Source: Thermoplasmata archaeon
Lineage (GTDB): Archaea; Thermoplasmatota; Thermoplasmata; Lutacidiplasmatales; UBA184
Reading direction: 5' to 3'
DNA: 64,000 nucleotides
Assembly (NCBI GenBank): GCA_021790425.1
Contig: JAJYEA010000001.1
Span: 67,015 to 131,014 of the forward strand
The position numbers and the translations under genes were made by a program. Below the pieces are notes generated by a model, which was not told the origin of the DNA, searched no databases, and was given only the letters and a program-made list of their open reading frames with translations. Below, one piece after another: positions 29,201 through 37,970 of this stretch. How positions within the stretch are numbered: the stretch's first letter is position 1; each line of letters opens with the position of its first letter.

Positions 29201-29320
29201 TGCGTGAGGAAAACCTTGTCGCCCCCCTAACGCGTCCCCTGGTCTCGATAGTATCTGGCACTCTTCTCTGGCGAAAGATTGACCCCGACTGTCGAGAGGG
29301 AAGCCGCGTTCCATGGGCAC
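26207..29320 (-). CDS. cell-surface YVTN/NHL beta-propeller repeat protein with 3 C-terminal thermopsin-like ~100-aa repeats and a C-terminal TM anchor
   Basis: ~13 copies of a ~42-aa repeat (VANxxSNxVSVISDxxNxVVATIxVGxxPxGxAYD). Three repeats of the form YxVTFTESGLxxGTxWSVTLNG. Signal-peptide-like RRPFNLLIVTAIVVLAILPGPSIA. C-terminal helix LGAIVAFIVVAVAAGIL plus RRRK. A likely GTG start near 29184 would trim the N-terminus. Confidence 0.75.
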   Translation of the reverse strand: MPMERGFPLDSRGQSFAREECQILSRPGDALGGRQGFPHAPFPCHVARSPRRPFNLLIVTAIVVLAILPGPSIAIQVRPPHLTALGQVRDAVAMSPTRSIDATPSQGVEHRLSPTHHTSVLPYVKDTLVLANNTLVPGNFLAANGWDPGGVVYDSGKGELFVAGNVNSVGVISDVSDRLVANVTVGSDPYALAYDSGVGEIFVANQASNTVSVVSDGNNSVVSTVPVGSGPLALAYDAAMGEVFVANYNSNNVSVISVSSNKVVATVNVGTNPDGAAYDSARGEVFVSNTNSDNVSVISANNDTVRATIAVGSGPAGLAYDGGKGEVFVANEYSTNADVISDANNTVVATIRVGSSPDGVAYDNGTGEVAVANWLSGTLSVISDANDTLVANVAVGMSPVGVAYDSAKGDLFVTKSNSENVSVISDASNAVVATITVGVSPFGVAYDDSGIGEVFLTESVSNNVSVISDASDTAIATVPVEPNPWGLIYDSGKHEVFVANDASGTLSVISETNNTVIATIHGVGNPIGLAYDQGKGEIFVAGQNFVSVVSDSSNKVVATISPGGMFDAWSVAYDAQRGEVFVANYYSDNVSIISDTSNAIVGWVNVGVSPDALAIDSGKDEVFVANAGSNDVSVISDVTDTVVTTVPVGSDPQWVAYGGNTDEMFVTNWDSNNVSVISDVTNHVVAALPVGSGPVGAAYDDANGCVYVSNERQGTVSIVAAGAPAPKYRVTFTETGLTGGTNWNVTLSGRLGSSNTSTITFTESNGTYPFTAGGIASFVTTPSSGNITVNGGNVTEAISFTRTSSTSSYTVTFQGSGLPSGTPWSVTFNGTNSSTVQSGIAFPNMTNNTAGYLFSVGAVFGYSANPPSGSVVVDGANVLRVITFTKTAATPPTFTVTFTESGLLAGTSWSVTLNGSNRSSITPTIAFGKLLNNTTGYSFSVGSVPGYSASTSSGAVLVEGANVTRSIGFTKVSPSPGTNTGSPTFLGLPGYLGYVLLGAIVAFIVVAVAAGILRRRKAESTPPPARDQGHPPYSERE

Positions 29321-29556
29321 AACCCAGCCCCTGACTATACCGGAGGACAGTAACGTGGGTCCGTATGTTGTCTTGAGCGATGAGGGTTATTGACCAGGGT
29401 GCGTGGCGCCCGCTTCCTTTGGCGACCGCGGGAATCACGAGACTACCGGGTCCGTGCTCTACCCGGAACACTTCCTCCGCTTCTGGATGGCTATTCGGCC
29501 AAATCCGACTCTATCCCTGACGTCACAGTCTGGTCCACGGGTGCTCGCACGAAGTG

Positions 29557-30132
29557 TCAGGCGGCGCGCACGGCAATCCCGATCTCGGCAAAGTGGAAGG
29601 CCCACCGGCGAAAGCCACGGGAGTCATGGTAAGAGAGGGCTAGCCCCGAACGCAGCAGGGCGGAGCGCACCAGGTCCTTGTGGAACGCCTCCACGTAGAG
29701 GAGCCTCCCCCCGGGACGGAGCACCCGGAAGATCTCCCGCATCCCCCGCTCGATGGCCGCCGCATCCCCGAGGTGATGGAGCATCATGTGGGCGACCACG
29801 AGATCGAAGGAGGCGTCCGGATAGGGGAGGCGGGTGGCATCGGCGCGCTCCACCACGAACGCCGACGGGACCTGCGGGTAGGCCCGTGCCAGCGTGGCCC
29901 GGGCGAGCTCTACCTGCGCCGGGTCGTAGTCGGTCACGTGGACCTCCAACGGATGGTACGTTTCGTAGAGGAGCTTCGCGAAGGACCCATTCCCCGCCCC
30001 CAACTCCAGGACCCGGGCGCGCTCGGGCAGCGAGAACCGGACTTCCCCCCGCAACCGGGCGAGGAGCCGTTCGAACGGGCGGACTCCCCGCCGGTTCACG
30101 AACCACTTCTCGAACCGGGACATCTCCGTCAT
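29557..30132 (-). CDS. class I SAM-dependent methyltransferase (Methyltransf_11-like)
   Basis: VLELGAGNGSFAKLL motif I and DLVVAHMMLHHL. ATG at 30132 (MTEMSRFEKW) overlaps the PadR stop (ATGA). Confidence 0.75.
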   Translation of the reverse strand: MTEMSRFEKWFVNRRGVRPFERLLARLRGEVRFSLPERARVLELGAGNGSFAKLLYETYHPLEVHVTDYDPAQVELARATLARAYPQVPSAFVVERADATRLPYPDASFDLVVAHMMLHHLGDAAAIERGMREIFRVLRPGGRLLYVEAFHKDLVRSALLRSGLALSYHDSRGFRRWAFHFAEIGIAVRAA

Positions 30133-30569
30133 GGACCCCCCGGGGACGAGGGTCCTCGTCGCAAGCGCGCCCATCGTTCGACCAGCGCGTCGATCCGGAC
30201 CGGATCGGCCCGATCCCGCACCGGGTCCGCGCGGGCGAGGTCCTCGAGATACTCCGTAAGGCCCTCGATCTCCGTGACCACCTCGGCCGCGGTGCGCGGC
30301 CCGGGGGTCCAGCGGGCCCCAGGAGAGCGGGACGCCCTCGTCGCGAGCTCGTAACGGCCGTCGCCCCGCTTCCGGATGAGCCCTTCGTCCGAGAGCTCCT
30401 TCAGGCGGGGATAGATCGACCCGGGTGACGGGCGCCAATGATGGTGGTGGCTCCGCCGCTCGATTAGGTCCATCAATTCCATCCCGCTCAACGGCCCCGC
30501 TTCCAGAAGACGCAGGATGAGCGGCCGCAGCATCCCCCTCCGCCGATAGAATCCCACCGAGTGCCACAT
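30129..30569 (-). CDS. PadR-family transcriptional regulator
   Basis: PadR wHTH signature LILRLLEAGPLSGMELMDLIERRS...W.PSPGSIYPRLKELSDEGLI. ATG at 30569. Translationally coupled to the downstream methyltransferase. Confidence 0.8.
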   Translation of the reverse strand: MWHSVGFYRRRGMLRPLILRLLEAGPLSGMELMDLIERRSHHHHWRPSPGSIYPRLKELSDEGLIRKRGDGRYELATRASRSPGARWTPGPRTAAEVVTEIEGLTEYLEDLARADPVRDRADPVRIDALVERWARLRRGPSSPGGP

Positions 30570-30570
30570 G

Positions 30571-30602
30571 ATATCGTTTACCCGATATCGGTTAAACGAT
30601 AT
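30571..30602. promoter_or_regulatory. 32-bp near-perfect palindrome ATATCGTTTACCCGATATCGGTTAAACGATAT overlapping the PadR TATA box: candidate autoregulatory operator
   Basis: 30 of 32 positions are self-complementary. The central perfect 10-bp palindrome is CCGATATCGG. The embedded gtttaac sits ~25 nt upstream of the PadR ATG. Confidence 0.5.
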
Positions 30603-30651
30603 CGGGATTTAAGCTCTTCGGACGGGTCTCGTCCGGGTGCAGCCCAGGGAG

Positions 30652-32007
30652 TCAGTGGGGGGGACCGCCCTTCGTCCGGAGGTCGAACGTCCATCCTTCC
30701 GGCTCGGAGCGCTTCCGTTCGGACGCCCGGGGAACGGCGGGTGGCGTCTCGCCCACTTCGATCCGGAAACCGAGCGCCGGGGAGACGAGGGCGGGCCCGG
30801 GTTGCGCGAGCTTCGTGAGCGGTGCGGGCATCGGGAAGGTGACGCGGGTGGCGTCGGAGGAGTATTCCGGCAGGGCCCCCGGGGTCACCGATCTCGCTCC
30901 CAGCCGGTGCTGGCTGAGGAACGGATGGAAACGGAACCCCTCCTTGTCGTCCTCCCAGTCCAGCAGGCGGGCGAAGCAGAGGGGCGCCACGACGGAGTAG
31001 ACCAGCCCTCCGCTCCCGGAGTCGTCACAGAGCTGAGCTACCGTCTGAGGGAGCAGGAGGGAGCCCGAGCGCTTCCGCATCCGGTCGATGACGAGCATCT
31101 GGAGGGGGTCCCACTCGAACGTCTCGAAGATCCGCTGGCCCAGGTCGTTGCCCTGGGTGGCGAGCGTCTCGCCGTACCACCGGCGCACGGGCGCGTCCGC
31201 CCCCTCCCCCACCAGGGAGTAGAGGCGGTTGAGGGCGAGCCCGACCCCGGGCTCGGCAAGACCATCCACCACCCCGGCCGCCGCGGGAAGCCCGAACCGG
31301 GAGGCCTCGAAGAGTCGGGTGAACCCGAGGAACCCCGAGACCCACGAGCCCGTGTCGACCTCACCGTCAGCGTACAGCGAAGGGTAGAGCAGGCCGAGAT
31401 ACGCCCGGGGAACGTGCGCCAGGGAACTCATGAAGAGCGAACGAGGGTTGCGGGTCGGGAGCAGGGTCAGGAGCGAGTTCAGGAAGCGCGTGACGGCGTC
31501 CACTGCGAGCAGTGGGTTCCGTTCGAGGAGTTGCATCGTGTCGCTCGGCGTGCGCGTGTTGCTCGGGGAGGCCGGGCGTATCTCCTTCGGGAGCGACCCG
31601 AGGATCGCGCTCCCCTGTTGGAACGCCCCCTTGGCAATCGTGAGGAGCTGAGGCTCCCTGGAGTCCAGGGCCACGGAGATCCGGTTCAGGCCTGCCTCCC
31701 CCATCGTCTTCGCCGTGGCCAGGTGACGTGCGACCAGGGCGGGGTCGACCCCCACACCGTAGAACGCACGCACGAAGCTCCCGATCGCCTGGGAGTCGAA
31801 CCGCCCGTCGTGGAACCCGCCCAGGAGGAGCCGACGGACGGCAGGGGGCACCTGGCCGAGCTGCCAGCGCGCCCCCTGCCGCAACGCCCCCGCGATGGAG
31901 AGGACGTCCCGGCTCGTCTCGACCAAGGGAGGCAACGTCGATTGGAAGTAGCTCTTCCACTCGGATGCATCGGTAAAACGGAACCCTGGGTTGAATCGGT
32001 CGGGCAC
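30652..32007 (-). CDS. hypothetical protein (451 aa), immediately upstream of PadR on the same strand
   Basis: Protein-like composition, unlike the R/G/E-rich antisense frame. GTG start at 32007 with an AT-rich box ~25 nt upstream. No recognisable domain. Confidence 0.5.
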   Translation of the reverse strand: MPDRFNPGFRFTDASEWKSYFQSTLPPLVETSRDVLSIAGALRQGARWQLGQVPPAVRRLLLGGFHDGRFDSQAIGSFVRAFYGVGVDPALVARHLATAKTMGEAGLNRISVALDSREPQLLTIAKGAFQQGSAILGSLPKEIRPASPSNTRTPSDTMQLLERNPLLAVDAVTRFLNSLLTLLPTRNPRSLFMSSLAHVPRAYLGLLYPSLYADGEVDTGSWVSGFLGFTRLFEASRFGLPAAAGVVDGLAEPGVGLALNRLYSLVGEGADAPVRRWYGETLATQGNDLGQRIFETFEWDPLQMLVIDRMRKRSGSLLLPQTVAQLCDDSGSGGLVYSVVAPLCFARLLDWEDDKEGFRFHPFLSQHRLGARSVTPGALPEYSSDATRVTFPMPAPLTKLAQPGPALVSPALGFRIEVGETPPAVPRASERKRSEPEGWTFDLRTKGGPPH

Positions 32008-32221
32008 CGTAGAAGAGAACCGCGAGGGTCACTTATCCATTGCGGAGACCCGCGGACGCACCCCGTTCCCGGAACGTACGCGTCTAGGGAACGCCCACCC
32101 GGCGGAGCTGTCGGGGAGCGAGCGTATCGTACCGTGGTCTTGCCCCCGAGGATTCCCCACGGTGCGTCATTCCGCCTCTAGGAACAAGATATATCCCCTG
32201 CCGCCGTTGTACTGTCTTCAG

Positions 32222-32659
32222 ATGATGGGAGAGGGGGAAGGGTTCGATTCCGAGGAGGAGCCGTACCGCGTTCGCAAGTTCTGGCAGGTCCGCGAGGCCG
32301 AGGCCGAATTGCCGTTCGTCAAGCAGGTCATCGAGGAGATCCGCTACCTCATGAAGCAGTCCGTCGAGATGCACGTCCACATCGGTCTCGAGGACAAGAT
32401 CGCCCAGCGGGTCTCCGGGCTCCGCAACCGCGGCATCGAGATCAAGGACCTCTCCGCGGGGCTGGTGGACTTCGTCGCCTTGCGGGACGGGGAGATCGTC
32501 TACCTCTGCTGGCAGGAGGGCGAAGAGAAGATCCAGTGGTGGCATGCCGTCTCGGGTGGCTTCCAGACGCGGCGCCGCCTCACCCAGCGCGAGCGCACGG
32601 GCAAGATAGGGGTCGCCCCCGCCTTCCAGCCCCAACAGCACGTTCCGGGCTACCAGTAG
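32222..32659 (+). CDS. conserved hypothetical protein (DUF2203-like, tentative)
   Basis: ATG-ATG at 32222. TATA aagatatatccc ~30 nt upstream. Motifs [12 protein letters not shown] and KDL..GLVDF.ALRDGE.V.LCW..GE..I..WH resemble a small conserved family, recalled from memory only. Confidence 0.5.
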   Translation: MMGEGEGFDSEEEPYRVRKFWQVREAEAELPFVKQVIEEIRYLMKQSVEMHVHIGLEDKIAQRVSGLRNRGIEIKDLSAGLVDFVALRDGEIVYLCWQEGEEKIQWWHAVSGGFQTRRRLTQRERTGKIGVAPAFQPQQHVPGYQ

Positions 32660-32744
32660 CCCACCGGGCTACCCCTGCCCGGGCGGCGTCGCCCCGGCCC
32701 CGATGCGCGGAGTTTCGAGGGAAGGGTAATATAGAGTCAAATCG

Positions 32745-33605
32745 ATGTCTATACCGATGACCGAGGAACACCGGGCCGAGGCGCTCGTAAGCACCCAGTG
32801 GGTCGAGAACCATCGGAACGAGACCCACCTCCGCCTCGTGGAGGTGGACATGGACCGGGAAGCCTACGACCAAGCCCACCTCGAGGGGGCGGTGGGATGG
32901 AGCTGGCAGACCGACCTCTGCGATCGGATCCGCCGGGACATCATCCCAGAGGAGGCGCTCGATCGGTTGCTCTCGAGGTCGGGGATCACCAACGATACCA
33001 CGATCGTCATCTACGGGGACAACAACAACTGGTTCGCCTGCTGGGCCTACTGGCAGCTCAGCATCTATGGCCACCGTAAGCTTCGCATCATGGACGGGGG
33101 CCGGAAGAAATGGATCGCCGAGGGGCGTCCCCTGACGAAGGAGGTGCCCACCTACCCCGCGGCGCACTACATGACCCGCGGCCCCGACGTCCGCCTCCGG
33201 GCCTTCCTTCCCGATGTCATGCGCCTCATGGCCCAGTCATCGTCCTCCCTCGTGGACGCGCGGACCCTGGACGAATTCACCGGCAGGGTCCTCGCTCCCG
33301 CCGGCGCCCCCGAGACCTGCCAACGGGGCGGGCACATCCCCGGGGCGGTCAGCATCCCGTGGGACCAGAACTGCCGGCAGGACGGGTCGTTCAAGAGCCG
33401 GGAGGAGCTCGCGCGGCTCTACGAGTCCCGGGGAGTCACCCCGGACAAGGACGTGGTGGCCTACTGCCGTATCGGAGAGCGCTCCAGCCTCACCTGGTTC
33501 GTGCTGAAGGAACTGCTGGGCTACGAGAGGGTCCGGAACTACGACGGGTCTTGGACGGAGTGGGGCAACCTCGTGCGCGCGCCGGTCGAGCGGCCCCCCC
33601 GCTGA
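32745..33605 (+). CDS. thiosulfate/3-mercaptopyruvate sulfurtransferase (tandem rhodanese domains)
   Basis: Two rhodanese domains. Active-site Cys in YCRIGERSS. 286 aa. Confidence 0.85.
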   Translation: MSIPMTEEHRAEALVSTQWVENHRNETHLRLVEVDMDREAYDQAHLEGAVGWSWQTDLCDRIRRDIIPEEALDRLLSRSGITNDTTIVIYGDNNNWFACWAYWQLSIYGHRKLRIMDGGRKKWIAEGRPLTKEVPTYPAAHYMTRGPDVRLRAFLPDVMRLMAQSSSSLVDARTLDEFTGRVLAPAGAPETCQRGGHIPGAVSIPWDQNCRQDGSFKSREELARLYESRGVTPDKDVVAYCRIGERSSLTWFVLKELLGYERVRNYDGSWTEWGNLVRAPVERPPR

Positions 33606-33618
33606 GGGAAAGGAAGGA

Positions 33619-33840
33619 ATGCCGGAACGTCCCGAGGACTATCAGGAACGCCAGGTCTCGATTGAGGGACATCCCGCCCGCCTCCGCACTTTCCGCCTCG
33701 GGAGCCTCTTCTACACTTCCGTCGACAATGTCGATCCGGGCGGCGTGCTGGTCCGGGTCGAAGGGAGTACCCGGGAGGAGGCCGAACAGCGGGCCATCCA
33801 GGAGGCGCGCCGGGAATTCCTGGCGTATACCCACCGATGA
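33619..33840 (+). CDS. small hypothetical protein (73 aa)
   Basis: Starts 14 nt after the rhodanese stop, with an aaggaagga RBS-like sequence. Moderate GC3. Confidence 0.35.
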   Translation: MPERPEDYQERQVSIEGHPARLRTFRLGSLFYTSVDNVDPGGVLVRVEGSTREEAEQRAIQEARREFLAYTHR

Positions 33841-33904
33841 AGGACCCCGGGACGCACGCCGGGGAAGGAGCTGGAGGGGCTCCCGGGCGACGTCTCAAGC
33901 GATG

Positions 33905-33950
33905 GGCTTAAATGCGGAACGGAATTCCCCCCTCCCGCTCTAACGGAGGA
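33905..33950 (+). promoter_or_regulatory. TATA (gcttaaatgc) plus GGAGGA Shine-Dalgarno site preceding the TTG start of rps13
   Basis: ttaaat centred ~33910. GGAGGA at 33945-33950 lies 8 nt before TTG 33959. An in-frame TAA at 33941 rules out any upstream ATG. Confidence 0.4.
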
Positions 33951-33958
33951 AAGTAGCG

Positions 33959-34576
33959 TTGCCTGCCAAGAAGGGAGATACTGAGGCTGCCCCCGCCGCG
34001 GCGCCCGCTGCGGAGAAGAAACCCAAGAAGGGCGAGGGGAAGGCCAAGGCACCCCCTTCCGAGAAGAAGGTCGCACCCGTTAGCGACAACCCCAACTTCC
34101 GGCACATCGTCCGCTTCGCGAACACCGACCTGGACGGCAAGCGGACCCTGGTCCTCGCGCTGACCGAGGTGAAGGGTATCGGTCTCCGGATGGCACAGTC
34201 GGTGACCCGCCTCTCCGGGATGAACGCCCGGGGACTGATCGGGGACCTCACGGAGCAGCAGACCGACGAGCTCGAGAAGGTCGTGCTGGCGCTGAACGAG
34301 AAGTTCCCGGTGTGGATGCTCAACCGCCCGATGGATCACATCACAGGAGAGACCCATCACTATGTTTCGTCGGATCTGGATACCGCCATCCGGGACGACA
34401 TCAACCAGATGAAGATGATTCGATGCTACCGCGGCATCCGGCACGAGAAGGGCCAGAAGGTCCGCGGACAGCGCACCCGATCCAACGGCCGCACGGGAAT
34501 GGCGGCCGGTGTCATGAAGAAGAAAGCCCAAGCCGCTGCCGCCGCCGCGAGGGCATCCGGCGGGAAGAAGGAGTAA
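33959..34576 (+). CDS. rps13: 30S ribosomal protein S13 (uS13) with a ~45-aa Lys/Ala/Pro-rich N-terminal extension
   Basis: Conserved core FRHIVRFANTDLDG...GIGLRMA...RGQRTRSNGRTG. TTG start is forced by the upstream in-frame stop. Confidence 0.9.
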   Translation: MPAKKGDTEAAPAAAPAAEKKPKKGEGKAKAPPSEKKVAPVSDNPNFRHIVRFANTDLDGKRTLVLALTEVKGIGLRMAQSVTRLSGMNARGLIGDLTEQQTDELEKVVLALNEKFPVWMLNRPMDHITGETHHYVSSDLDTAIRDDINQMKMIRCYRGIRHEKGQKVRGQRTRSNGRTGMAAGVMKKKAQAAAAAARASGGKKE

Positions 34577-34586
34577 GTAGGCAGCC

Positions 34587-35174
34587 ATGGGTGACCCGAA
34601 GTTTCTGCGCCGGACCTACGATCGCCCCAAGCACCCTTGGGAACAGGCCCGGATCGAGGAAGAGAACAAGATCGTCGTGAAGTTCGGCCTCAAGAACAAG
34701 CGCGAGCTGTGGAAGGCCCAGTCGCGCCTCCGGAACTTCCGCCGCCAGGCCCGAGAGCTCCAGGCACGGCTCCGCGCCAAGGAGCCTCAGGCCGAGAAGG
34801 AGACGAAGTGGCTGCTCGACTCCCTCGTGAGCCTGGGGATGCTCGAGCCCGGGACCGTTACTCTGGACGACGTCCTGGCGCTGACGACCCAGGCGATTCT
34901 CGAGCGCCGCCTCCAGTGGCTCACCTACGTCAAGGGACTGGCGAGCTCCCCGAATGCGGCCCGCCAACTCATCGTCCACGGCCACGTCGCCCTGGGGAGC
35001 CACCGTGTGCGCGCCCCCGGACACCTGGTCCGGAGGGCCGAAGAGAACACGATCTCCTACGACACGTTCAGCCCGCTCGTCACCGAGGACCACCCGCTCC
35101 GGGTGGCCATGAAGGAAAAGATGGAACGCCAGGCCGCGGCTCCCCCGTCGGAGCCTCCGGCGGCGGCCGGCTGA
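34587..35174 (+). CDS. rps4: 30S ribosomal protein S4 (uS4)
   Basis: MGDPKFLRRTYDRPKHPWE..., S4 domain. 195 aa. Confidence 0.9.
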   Translation: MGDPKFLRRTYDRPKHPWEQARIEEENKIVVKFGLKNKRELWKAQSRLRNFRRQARELQARLRAKEPQAEKETKWLLDSLVSLGMLEPGTVTLDDVLALTTQAILERRLQWLTYVKGLASSPNAARQLIVHGHVALGSHRVRAPGHLVRRAEENTISYDTFSPLVTEDHPLRVAMKEKMERQAAAPPSEPPAAAG

Positions 35175-35185
35175 GGTACTAGAAA

Positions 35186-35569
35186 ATGGCACGCGTCGGG
35201 ATAGCCCACATCTACGCATCGTACAACAACATCCACATCACCGTCACCGACCTCACGGGGTCGGAGACGCTCGCGAACGCGACCGGAGGCATGGTCGTGA
35301 AGGCCGCCCGCGATGAGTCGAGCCCCTACGCGGCCATGAAGGCGGCCGACCTGGTGGCGGGCCTCCTCAAGGAGCGGGGCTACGACACCGTTCACGTCAT
35401 GGTCCGAGCCCCCGGGGGCAACCGCTCGCGCTCTCCCGGACCCGGAGCCCAGGCCGCGATCCGTGCCCTCGCCCGGGCCGGCATCAAGATCGGCCGCATC
35501 GAGGACGTCACCCCCATCCCGCACGACGGCACGAAGCCGAAGGGCGGACGCCGCGGTCGCCGGGTGTAG
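35186..35569 (+). CDS. rps11: 30S ribosomal protein S11 (uS11)
   Basis: [26 protein letters not shown]... Confidence 0.9.
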   Translation: MARVGIAHIYASYNNIHITVTDLTGSETLANATGGMVVKAARDESSPYAAMKAADLVAGLLKERGYDTVHVMVRAPGGNRSRSPGPGAQAAIRALARAGIKIGRIEDVTPIPHDGTKPKGGRRGRRV

Positions 35570-35587
35570 CCCGGAGGCGCCCAAATT

Positions 35588-36433
35588 ATGGAGATCGAGG
35601 TCCAAGAGCTTACCCCGACCGAGGCCCGGTTCAAGATCCGCGAGAGCACCCCGAACCAGGTCAACTCGATCCGGCGCGTCCTGCTCTCCGACCTTCCCAA
35701 GATGGCGATCGAGGACGTGGAGTTCCACCTGGGGTCCGTCCACGACGACACCACGGGAAAGGACTACGACCTCTCGACCAGCCTCTTCGATGAGTCGATC
35801 GCCCTCCGGCTCGGTCTCCTCCCCATCCCCACGAACCTCAAGCACTTCCGGTTCAAGGACCGGTGCACGTGCAAGGGCGAGGGGTGCGCCCACTGCCAGA
35901 TCGTCTACACGATCGACAAGAAGGGCCCCGGCACCGTCTACTCCCGGGACCTCGTCCCGCTCGGCGACCCCGAGCTCGCGATCGCCGACCCGAACATCCC
36001 GATCGTCTCGCTGGGGGCGCGGCAAGCGCTCCTCGCCTACGCCACGGCGACCATGGGCACGGCCAAGCAGCACGCGAAGTGGCAGGTGGCCAACGCCGTG
36101 GGTTATACGTTCCAACCTAAGGTCAAGGTCTCCAAGGGCACCGGGTGCTCGGACTCCTGCCTGCGGAAGGTCGACAAGGTCTGCCCGGCCAAGGTGTTCG
36201 CCTTCGCGAAGGGCGACCTGGACGTGGTGGCCGAGGACAAGTGCATCCTCTGCAAGGAGTGCGAGAAGGCCTGCACCCACGGGTCGGTCAAGGTCGAGGC
36301 GGACCCGACCTCCTTCCTCTTCCGGTTCGAGACGGACTCCTCCCTGACCGCCCGCGAGGCGTTCCGGGTGGCCCTCGAGGACCTGAGCAGCCGGTTCGAC
36401 CTGCTCCGGGATGCCGTGACGGCGCTCGGCTGA
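35588..36433 (+). CDS. rpoD: DNA-directed RNA polymerase subunit D (Rpo3) with 4Fe-4S cluster domain
   Basis: Canonical archaeal rps13-rps4-rps11-rpoD order. Cys clusters CTCKGEGCAHCQ and CSDSCLRKVDKVCPAKV / CILCKECEKAC. Confidence 0.9.
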   Translation: MEIEVQELTPTEARFKIRESTPNQVNSIRRVLLSDLPKMAIEDVEFHLGSVHDDTTGKDYDLSTSLFDESIALRLGLLPIPTNLKHFRFKDRCTCKGEGCAHCQIVYTIDKKGPGTVYSRDLVPLGDPELAIADPNIPIVSLGARQALLAYATATMGTAKQHAKWQVANAVGYTFQPKVKVSKGTGCSDSCLRKVDKVCPAKVFAFAKGDLDVVAEDKCILCKECEKACTHGSVKVEADPTSFLFRFETDSSLTAREAFRVALEDLSSRFDLLRDAVTALG

Positions 36434-36442
36434 GCGTCCGTC

Positions 36443-37861
36443 CTACTTCTTCCCCGCGGAAGCCACGACCGGCTTCGTGAGCTTGAGGAGCGCGGTCCGT
36501 CCGAGGAGCTCCTCCGCCTCGGCCTCCGTCAGGAGCTTCTCCCGGACGAGGTAGCTCTTCACGCTCTCCCCCTTGGCCATCGACTTCTTGATCGCCTCGG
36601 CCACCTTGAGGTAGCCGAGCTTCGGCGTCAGGATGGTCGCAAGCGAGGTGGAGGCGAGCAGGTAGGTCTCGCACCGCTCGCGGTTCGCGGTGATCCCGTC
36701 GACCGCCTTCCGGGCAAAGACCGGCAGGAAGTTCACGAGCATGGTGGCCGAGAAGAGGACCTCGAAGGACATCACCGGCATCATGACGTTGATCTCCATC
36801 TGGCCCGCCTCGGCGGCCATCATCGTGGCCGTGTCGGACCCGATGATGTGGTAGCAGATCTGGTTCAGGCACTCCGCCATCGACGGGTTGACCTTGGCGG
36901 GCATGATGGAGGACCCGGCCTGGACCTCGGGGAGGCGGAGCTCGTCAAGACCGCTCCCCGGACCCGAGGAAAGGAGCCGGAGGTCGTTCGAGACGCGCGA
37001 AAGCTCGACGGCCAGGGACCGCAGGAGCGAGGAGGCCGCGAGGGGGGCCCAGCGCGACTGCATGGTCTCGAAGGGGTCCCGCGAGACCGTGACCGCGTGG
37101 CCCGAGACCTTCGCCAGACGCGCGACCGACTTCTCCCGGTATCCGGGGAAGGTGTTGACGCCGGTGCCCACGGCGCTCCCGCCGAGGGCGACCTCCCCCA
37201 GGCCCTTCCGGACCTGCGGCAGGCCCTCCAGCACCCGCTCCAGGGCGCTGGCATACGCGCCGAACTCCTCGCCGAGCGTGACGGGCATGGCATCCTTGAG
37301 ATGGGTGCGGCCCGACTTCGCCACGTCGGCGAACTCGGCCTCCTTCTTCCGCAGGCTGCGGATCAGCACCTGGGTCGACTTCTCCACGTCATCCAGGGCA
37401 AGGAGGATCGAGAGGTTCAGGACCGTCGGGTAAGTGTCGTTCGTGGACTGGCCCCGGTTGACGTGGTCGTTCGGGGAGACGGTCTCGTACTCGCCCTTCT
37501 TATTCCCGAGCATCTCGAGCGCCCGGTTCGCGAGGATCTCGTTGACGTTCATGTTGGTCGACGTGCCCGCGCCGGCCTGGAAGACGTCCACGATCACGTG
37601 CTCGTGGAACTTCCCGTCCACGAGCTCCTGGGCCGCCTTCACGATGGCCGCCCCCTTCGCCTTGTCGAGCACGCCCTCCTCGATGTTCACCTCGGCGCAC
37701 GCGCGCTTGACGAGCCCGTAGGCCCGGATCAGGTAGGGCGAGACCCGCAGGCCGGTCACGGGGAAATTATCCCGGGCCCGCACCGACTGGACTCCGTAGT
37801 AGGCGTCATCCGGCACATCCATCTCCCCGAGCGAGTCCCGCTCCTTCCGCATCGCGGCCAT
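36443..37861 (-). CDS. aspartate ammonia-lyase / class II fumarate hydratase family protein (closer to AspA)
   Basis: GSSIMPAKVNPSMAE signature; QAGAGTSTNMNVNE; KGEYETVSPNDHVNRGQSTNDTYPT. ATG at 37861 or 37852. Confidence 0.85.
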   Translation of the reverse strand: MAAMRKERDSLGEMDVPDDAYYGVQSVRARDNFPVTGLRVSPYLIRAYGLVKRACAEVNIEEGVLDKAKGAAIVKAAQELVDGKFHEHVIVDVFQAGAGTSTNMNVNEILANRALEMLGNKKGEYETVSPNDHVNRGQSTNDTYPTVLNLSILLALDDVEKSTQVLIRSLRKKEAEFADVAKSGRTHLKDAMPVTLGEEFGAYASALERVLEGLPQVRKGLGEVALGGSAVGTGVNTFPGYREKSVARLAKVSGHAVTVSRDPFETMQSRWAPLAASSLLRSLAVELSRVSNDLRLLSSGPGSGLDELRLPEVQAGSSIMPAKVNPSMAECLNQICYHIIGSDTATMMAAEAGQMEINVMMPVMSFEVLFSATMLVNFLPVFARKAVDGITANRERCETYLLASTSLATILTPKLGYLKVAEAIKKSMAKGESVKSYLVREKLLTEAEAEELLGRTALLKLTKPVVASAGKK

Positions 37862-37970
37862 GGTTCCCCAAAGAAGCCCCAATCGCTCAGCTTGAAAGCC
37901 TTTCTCACGCGTGCCCGCCGGGGGGTTCGCCCGCCAGCGTCATACCCCGGGGTGCGCTGAGGGCAGGAGG

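Noticed and set aside
30637-32181. Plus-strand 514-aa ORF
   Set aside because: Antisense to the 451-aa hypothetical gene. R/G/E/P-rich composition versus protein-like composition on the minus strand.
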